64,000 nt of DNA, taken from the NCBI GenBank assembly GCA_964527595.1, contig CAZGPI010000003.1:1710-65709 (forward strand), read 5' to 3'. The DNA comes from an uncultured Pseudomonadota bacterium. Its GTDB lineage: Bacteria; Babelota; Babeliae; Babelales; RVW-14. Below the pieces are notes generated by a model. The model was not told the origin of the DNA and searched no databases. It saw only the letters and a program-made list of their open reading frames with translations. Below are positions 59,736 to 64,000 of this stretch, piece by piece (positions within the stretch are counted from its first letter, which is position 1; every line of letters starts with the position of its first letter). Position numbers and translations under genes: made by a program.

Positions 59736-60314
59736 ATGAAGTTTATCAGGAAAATATATGATTGGATGGGAACTAAAGTTGATTCACCATATGCAATGTG
59801 GTGGTTATCGGTACTCTTTTTTATAGAGTCATCTTTTTTAGTTATTCCCGTTGATCCATTACTTATTTTGTTTTGCGTAGAAAAACCTAAACGCTCAATG
59901 TTTTATGCATTTGTGGCAACGGTTGCCTCGGTCTTTGGCGGCCTATTTGGCTATTTTATTGGTGCTTTTTTATGGAAGAGTGTTGGCGTTGCGCTCGTTA
60001 CCTGGATAATATCTGAAGCGACATTTTACAATATGGTCGCTAAGTATAAAATGTACCAGCATTGGGCAATTTTCCTTGCTGGTTTTATGCCATTGCCTTA
60101 TAAGGCGGTAACGATTTCTGCTGGATATTGCCATTTACCAATTCTTCCTTTTATGTTTTATTCGATTCTTGCTCGCGGTGGGCGATTTTTCTTGGTTGCT
60201 GGCCTTATCCAATTATTGGGTGTTCGCGTGAAGGTTTTTATTGATAAGTACTTTAATCAGCTTGTTATCGCGTTTGTTGTTATATTTGTTTTAAGTTGTA
60301 TGGTTTTAAAATAA
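59736..60314 (+). CDS. YqaA/DedA (VTT domain) membrane protein
   Basis: FIESSFLVIPVDPLL, ASVFGGLFGYFIG, PLPYKAVTISAG and RGGRFF motifs. Confidence 0.9.
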   Translation: MKFIRKIYDWMGTKVDSPYAMWWLSVLFFIESSFLVIPVDPLLILFCVEKPKRSMFYAFVATVASVFGGLFGYFIGAFLWKSVGVALVTWIISEATFYNMVAKYKMYQHWAIFLAGFMPLPYKAVTISAGYCHLPILPFMFYSILARGGRFFLVAGLIQLLGVRVKVFIDKYFNQLVIAFVVIFVLSCMVLK

Positions 60315-60345
60315 AAAATATTAAAAGTTTCGAGGAGTTTTTGCA

Positions 60346-61509
60346 GTGATTACATTACAGACACCAATGTTCAAAAAAATCGAGGCTCAATCTCAAGCAA
60401 CGCCCGACTGCATTTCTTTTTCTCAGGGCGCATTGCGTGTCGGTGGTGTTCCTGCTGAAATTCGTGAACATGTACGAGAGTTATTAAAAACGGATAAAGC
60501 CGATTATTACGTTAATGCCGTTGGCATAATGCCTTTGCGAGAAAAAATTGCTGAGTATCTTGAGGCTCACCACGGTGCGGCAATTAATCCTCAGCATGTT
60601 CTTATAACGCATGGCAGTGTTGGTGGGTTAACCACAACGCTTTTAGGTTTGCTTAACGCTGGGGATGAAGTCATTTTACCTGCCCCAACATACCCGGTTT
60701 ATCAAAATATCGTTAAAATGGCCAAAGCAACACCAGTTTTTGTGGATGCTATTTTTACGCAGCAGATAAGCGATGGCACGTTGTCATGGCTCTGTGATTT
60801 GGACCGTATCAAAGCGGCCGTCACTCAAAAAACTAAAATGATCATTATCGCCAATCCATCTAACCCAACGGGGGTAACGTTGGGCAAACAAGATGTGCTT
60901 GCCCTTAAAGATTTTTGCGAAAAGAATAAGATTTATTTTGTTTCAGATGAAGTATATGAACATTTTGTTTTTGAAGGCGAATTTTATTCAGCAACGGAAC
61001 TTGTAGCGCGATCTGAGTATGTTATTCGCGTTGGTTCATTTTCAAAAAATTTTTCGATGAGTGGTTGGCGTGTTGGTTTTGTGGTTGCTCCAGCGCACAT
61101 GATTGATACGTTTGCGGCTCTTCAAAGTGCGACTATTTGTTGTCCTTCTGCTATTGCTCAGCACGCGGTGTTGTACGCGCTTGAGCATCCTGAATTGATG
61201 ATTGGACAAACGGCTATGGTTAAGCAAGCTCGAGATATTGCATATCAAGGGCTACAGCCTTTGGTTAAGAAGGGGATATTGTCAGTTGCTTATCCTCAGG
61301 CTAGTTTCTATTTGTTCGTTAAAACGCCAGAAAAAGATTGCACCGATATGGTTATGGATATTCTAAATACCGCTAAAGTTGCCCTGGCTCCAGGAACAGA
61401 CTTTGGGCCGTTTAGTGCAGGATATTTCAGATTGTGTTATGCCCGTGATCCAAAGTTGGTTCAAGAAGGCATTGCACGATTGGTGAGCTATCTTGAAAAG
61501 CGTTTTTAA
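60346..61509 (+). CDS. PLP-dependent aminotransferase, class I/II
   Basis: NPSNPTG, SDEVY and GSFSKNFSMSGWRVG motifs. Confidence 0.93.
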   Translation: MITLQTPMFKKIEAQSQATPDCISFSQGALRVGGVPAEIREHVRELLKTDKADYYVNAVGIMPLREKIAEYLEAHHGAAINPQHVLITHGSVGGLTTTLLGLLNAGDEVILPAPTYPVYQNIVKMAKATPVFVDAIFTQQISDGTLSWLCDLDRIKAAVTQKTKMIIIANPSNPTGVTLGKQDVLALKDFCEKNKIYFVSDEVYEHFVFEGEFYSATELVARSEYVIRVGSFSKNFSMSGWRVGFVVAPAHMIDTFAALQSATICCPSAIAQHAVLYALEHPELMIGQTAMVKQARDIAYQGLQPLVKKGILSVAYPQASFYLFVKTPEKDCTDMVMDILNTAKVALAPGTDFGPFSAGYFRLCYARDPKLVQEGIARLVSYLEKRF

Positions 61510-61510
61510 G

Positions 61511-62302
61511 CTATAAACGAGCCAACCCTTTTTCTTTGCTTTTCTTGAACATAAACACGAAAAACATTATTGCGCTGGTTAGATAAACAGCGTTAAGACC
61601 TATGCTTATGGCAAATAAATTCCATTGCATATTGCCGGTAAATAGAATCGATCGCATACCTTCAAAAATATATGAAGTTGGAAGACATAATCCGACGTAT
61701 TTCATCCATGCAGGAAGTGCGCTGAGTGGGTAATAGACGGCACTAAAAGGTGCCACAAGCCATGGAAGCATCCAAGGCATACTTTGGACTTTGTGGCCAA
61801 AGTAAATAATGACTCCAGCGCCAAATAGACCGATAGCCCAACCAGAAATAATAAGCGAGGCAGCAAAAGGAATAAACATCCAGCCTATATTGAAAACGTT
61901 GGTTGCATATAAAATAAACACAAGTCCGGCACAAAAAAGTCCTGAGGTTACTGCGCGGAGCACGCTGGTGATTATTGTTCCTGTAATCCACTCGCAAATT
62001 GTGAGCGGTGTGGTAAAAAGAGTAAGTAAACTTTTTTCATGAATTTCGTTGATCATGCCAACCGAAATTTCGTAAATTGCTCGCAAGGTCATTTCCCAGA
62101 AGACCAGCCCGGTGAGAATGGCGAGCGCAAGGTTATTGATATTCGTTGTACTTTTGGCAAACCAAAGACTGGTTGTTCCCCATACGATAATATCGAGCGT
62201 TGGCCAGAAAATAATGTCGATTATGGTCATGCCATTATGTTTGTAATGTAATATATTGCGAAGCACAATTGCTTTAATGCGATGGCAGGTAAATTTGTTC
62301 AT
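61511..62302 (-). CDS. ABC-2 type transporter permease
   Basis: Six TM helices, PFSAVYYPLSALPAW and PTSYIFEGMR motifs. Confidence 0.9.
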   Translation of the reverse strand: MNKFTCHRIKAIVLRNILHYKHNGMTIIDIIFWPTLDIIVWGTTSLWFAKSTTNINNLALAILTGLVFWEMTLRAIYEISVGMINEIHEKSLLTLFTTPLTICEWITGTIITSVLRAVTSGLFCAGLVFILYATNVFNIGWMFIPFAASLIISGWAIGLFGAGVIIYFGHKVQSMPWMLPWLVAPFSAVYYPLSALPAWMKYVGLCLPTSYIFEGMRSILFTGNMQWNLFAISIGLNAVYLTSAIMFFVFMFKKSKEKGLARL

Positions 62303-62313
62303 TTTAAAACTCC

Positions 62314-63258
62314 TTACTTTTTAGCAATGTGTAAAAAGTAGTCTTCAAGTGTTGGTTTATCGATTGATATTTCTGAGTATTGTACGTCGGCCTGTGCCAG
62401 ATTGGTAAGAAATTCTGCAATTTTGTGTTCATCGAGTGAAATCTCGATCCATCGGTCTTTGAGTTGATAGGGGAGACCCTTTTCTACGACAAATGCAATA
62501 ATTTTTCTTAGGCCATCGCCAACATTGAGTTGTATTTTTGTAGTTGAAACGCTTGCGGCCAGGGCTGTTGGTGTGTCGTGGGCAATAATGACGCCATCCT
62601 TAAGAACTAATACGCGGTCACAAATTTGTTCAACTTCGGCCATATTATGTGAAGTTATAAGAATTGTGGTTTTTTCTTTACGCTGTTGCTCAAGAATAAA
62701 ATGACGAACTTCATAGGCAATATCAGGGTCGAGTGATGCCGTTGGTTCATCAAGTAGGACTATTGCTGGTTTCGTTAAAAATGCCGTTGCAAGCATGACA
62801 CGAGTTTTTTGTCCCGTGGAGAGCATGTTTACCGATTTATCTCGTTGATTCCAGACATCGAAGTCGTTTAGTGTTTTTTCAATGGAAGAAGGGATTTTGG
62901 ATGGTTCAACTCCATAAAGCCGGCCATGGATCATAAGATTTTCATAGATGGTGAGGTGGCTGGTAAATTCAACATAGGTGCTGGCAAAGCCTATTTGTTG
63001 CCGAATTGTTGCTGGATTGGTAAAAAAATCGAGCCCAAAAACGGATATCGAGCCCGATGTTGGGGTTAGTATTCCCAATATCATTTGGATGGTTGTTGTT
63101 TTTCCAGCGCCATTTGGACCAAGAAGGCCAAGAATTTCACCCCTTTGGATATCAAACGATATATTGTTGACGGCCGTTAACGGTGGCAATCCCTTTTTAA
63201 ACGAGGGATAGCGCTTGGTTAGATTTTTGATTTGCAAAATTGGACTAATACTAGACAT
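62314..63258 (-). CDS. ABC transporter ATP-binding protein
   Basis: GPNGAGKTT, LSTGQ, LLDEPTASLD and TSHNMAEVE motifs. Confidence 0.93.
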   Translation of the reverse strand: MSSISPILQIKNLTKRYPSFKKGLPPLTAVNNISFDIQRGEILGLLGPNGAGKTTTIQMILGILTPTSGSISVFGLDFFTNPATIRQQIGFASTYVEFTSHLTIYENLMIHGRLYGVEPSKIPSSIEKTLNDFDVWNQRDKSVNMLSTGQKTRVMLATAFLTKPAIVLLDEPTASLDPDIAYEVRHFILEQQRKEKTTILITSHNMAEVEQICDRVLVLKDGVIIAHDTPTALAASVSTTKIQLNVGDGLRKIIAFVVEKGLPYQLKDRWIEISLDEHKIAEFLTNLAQADVQYSEISIDKPTLEDYFLHIAKK

Positions 63259-63317
63259 TGTGACTCCTTATATTTTAGATATCAACATTAGCAAGATGCG
63301 TCACGAATGAAAATGGT

Positions 63318-64000
63318 TTAGTAAGAAAAATTTGTAATCAACGAGTGAGCATGAATACTTAGTGGGTCAAATTTATAAAGGTTTATTTTTTTGTCCAAAT
63401 AAGTATAACGGAGGCCGATGAATGGAATATTAAGACTTTTAGCGGCACGTTCAACTGATGTAACGTGTTTTTCCTTATCATCAATAAAAATTATCTTAGC
63501 CGGCTTTAGGTTGAGGTGCTTTAGCAATGTAGTCAGTGCTTCGCCTTTATCGTTATTTCCACAATAAAGAATACCTTCTTGGTAAACAGCTTTTTCTTTG
63601 GTGAGTTCAAATGTTACAATTTTTTGGGTACCCATATGAAAAGGAGAGAACGAAACGCTGCTTACGGTCGCATCTTGGATGTTATTAAGTTCTCGTTGTG
63701 TTTGAGTAATGATGTGGCGCGATGTAAGGATTACGGTCTTAATCGATTTTTTTGTAAGGGTTTGTAGTAATGGAATCGTTTCCTTTTCTACCGGCCTCAT
63801 GAGCGCAGTTTCGTGTGCGATTTCAAAGTTTTGGATCATTTTTTCAACGGCCAGATTAGGCGTGAAATTTTCTTTTTTGATGAGGTGGTTTATGCCTTCG
63901 CTAAACCATTGGTCGCTCCCATGATTTTCGTCAACACATTCAAAAAGTGTGTTATCAAAGTCTGAAACAAATAAACAGTTGGCTGTAAGGTGGGGATTAA
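63318..64000 (-). CDS. DUF2608-like HAD-superfamily protein (5' part beyond the window)
   Basis: The frame stays open upstream of 63839 to the window edge and gives FVSDFDNTLF (HAD motif I) and GSDQWF. Downstream it has LTSR, DKG and IIFIDD. Confidence 0.8.
   Translation of the reverse strand, partial: NPHLTANCLFVSDFDNTLFECVDENHGSDQWFSEGINHLIKKENFTPNLAVEKMIQNFEIAHETALMRPVEKETIPLLQTLTKKSIKTVILTSRHIITQTQRELNNIQDATVSSVSFSPFHMGTQKIVTFELTKEKAVYQEGILYCGNNDKGEALTTLLKHLNLKPAKIIFIDDKEKHVTSVERAAKSLNIPFIGLRYTYLDKKINLYKFDPLSIHAHSLITNFSY

Overview
AT-rich bacterial genomic DNA. Gene content suggests Candidatus Dependentiae (TM6/Babelota), a protist-infecting lineage: many signal-peptide hypotheticals, an Rpn nuclease, a DUF2608-like HAD protein, pentapeptide proteins and a homodimeric GlyRS. 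This assignment is an inference. The window holds a split mevalonate cluster: acs, class II HMGR, archaeal-type HMGS/thiolase/DUF35, MK, PMK and MVD. It also holds a dciA-TPR-murG-lgt-dnaG-rpoD-GT4-truA-cdsA block, typA, rpsF/rpsR, lon, alaS, glyQS, transporters and two very large secreted proteins. The most striking signal is a set of about 30-nt hairpin repeats. Family A has a TTGTCAT...ATCCAT tag and about 13 copies. Family B/C has a G-rich leader plus a stem with a GGGAACG loop and about 16 copies. There are also single D and E elements. The stems covary between copies. About 17 copies sit inside enzyme ORFs without breaking them, in several reading frames and on both strands, mostly in mevalonate and lipid genes. 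The elements pair into composites and one is nested inside another. One family-A copy starts on the base after the stop codon of a truncated small GIY-YIG nuclease at the window start, a candidate mobilising enzyme. No rRNA, intact tRNA or CRISPR array was seen.
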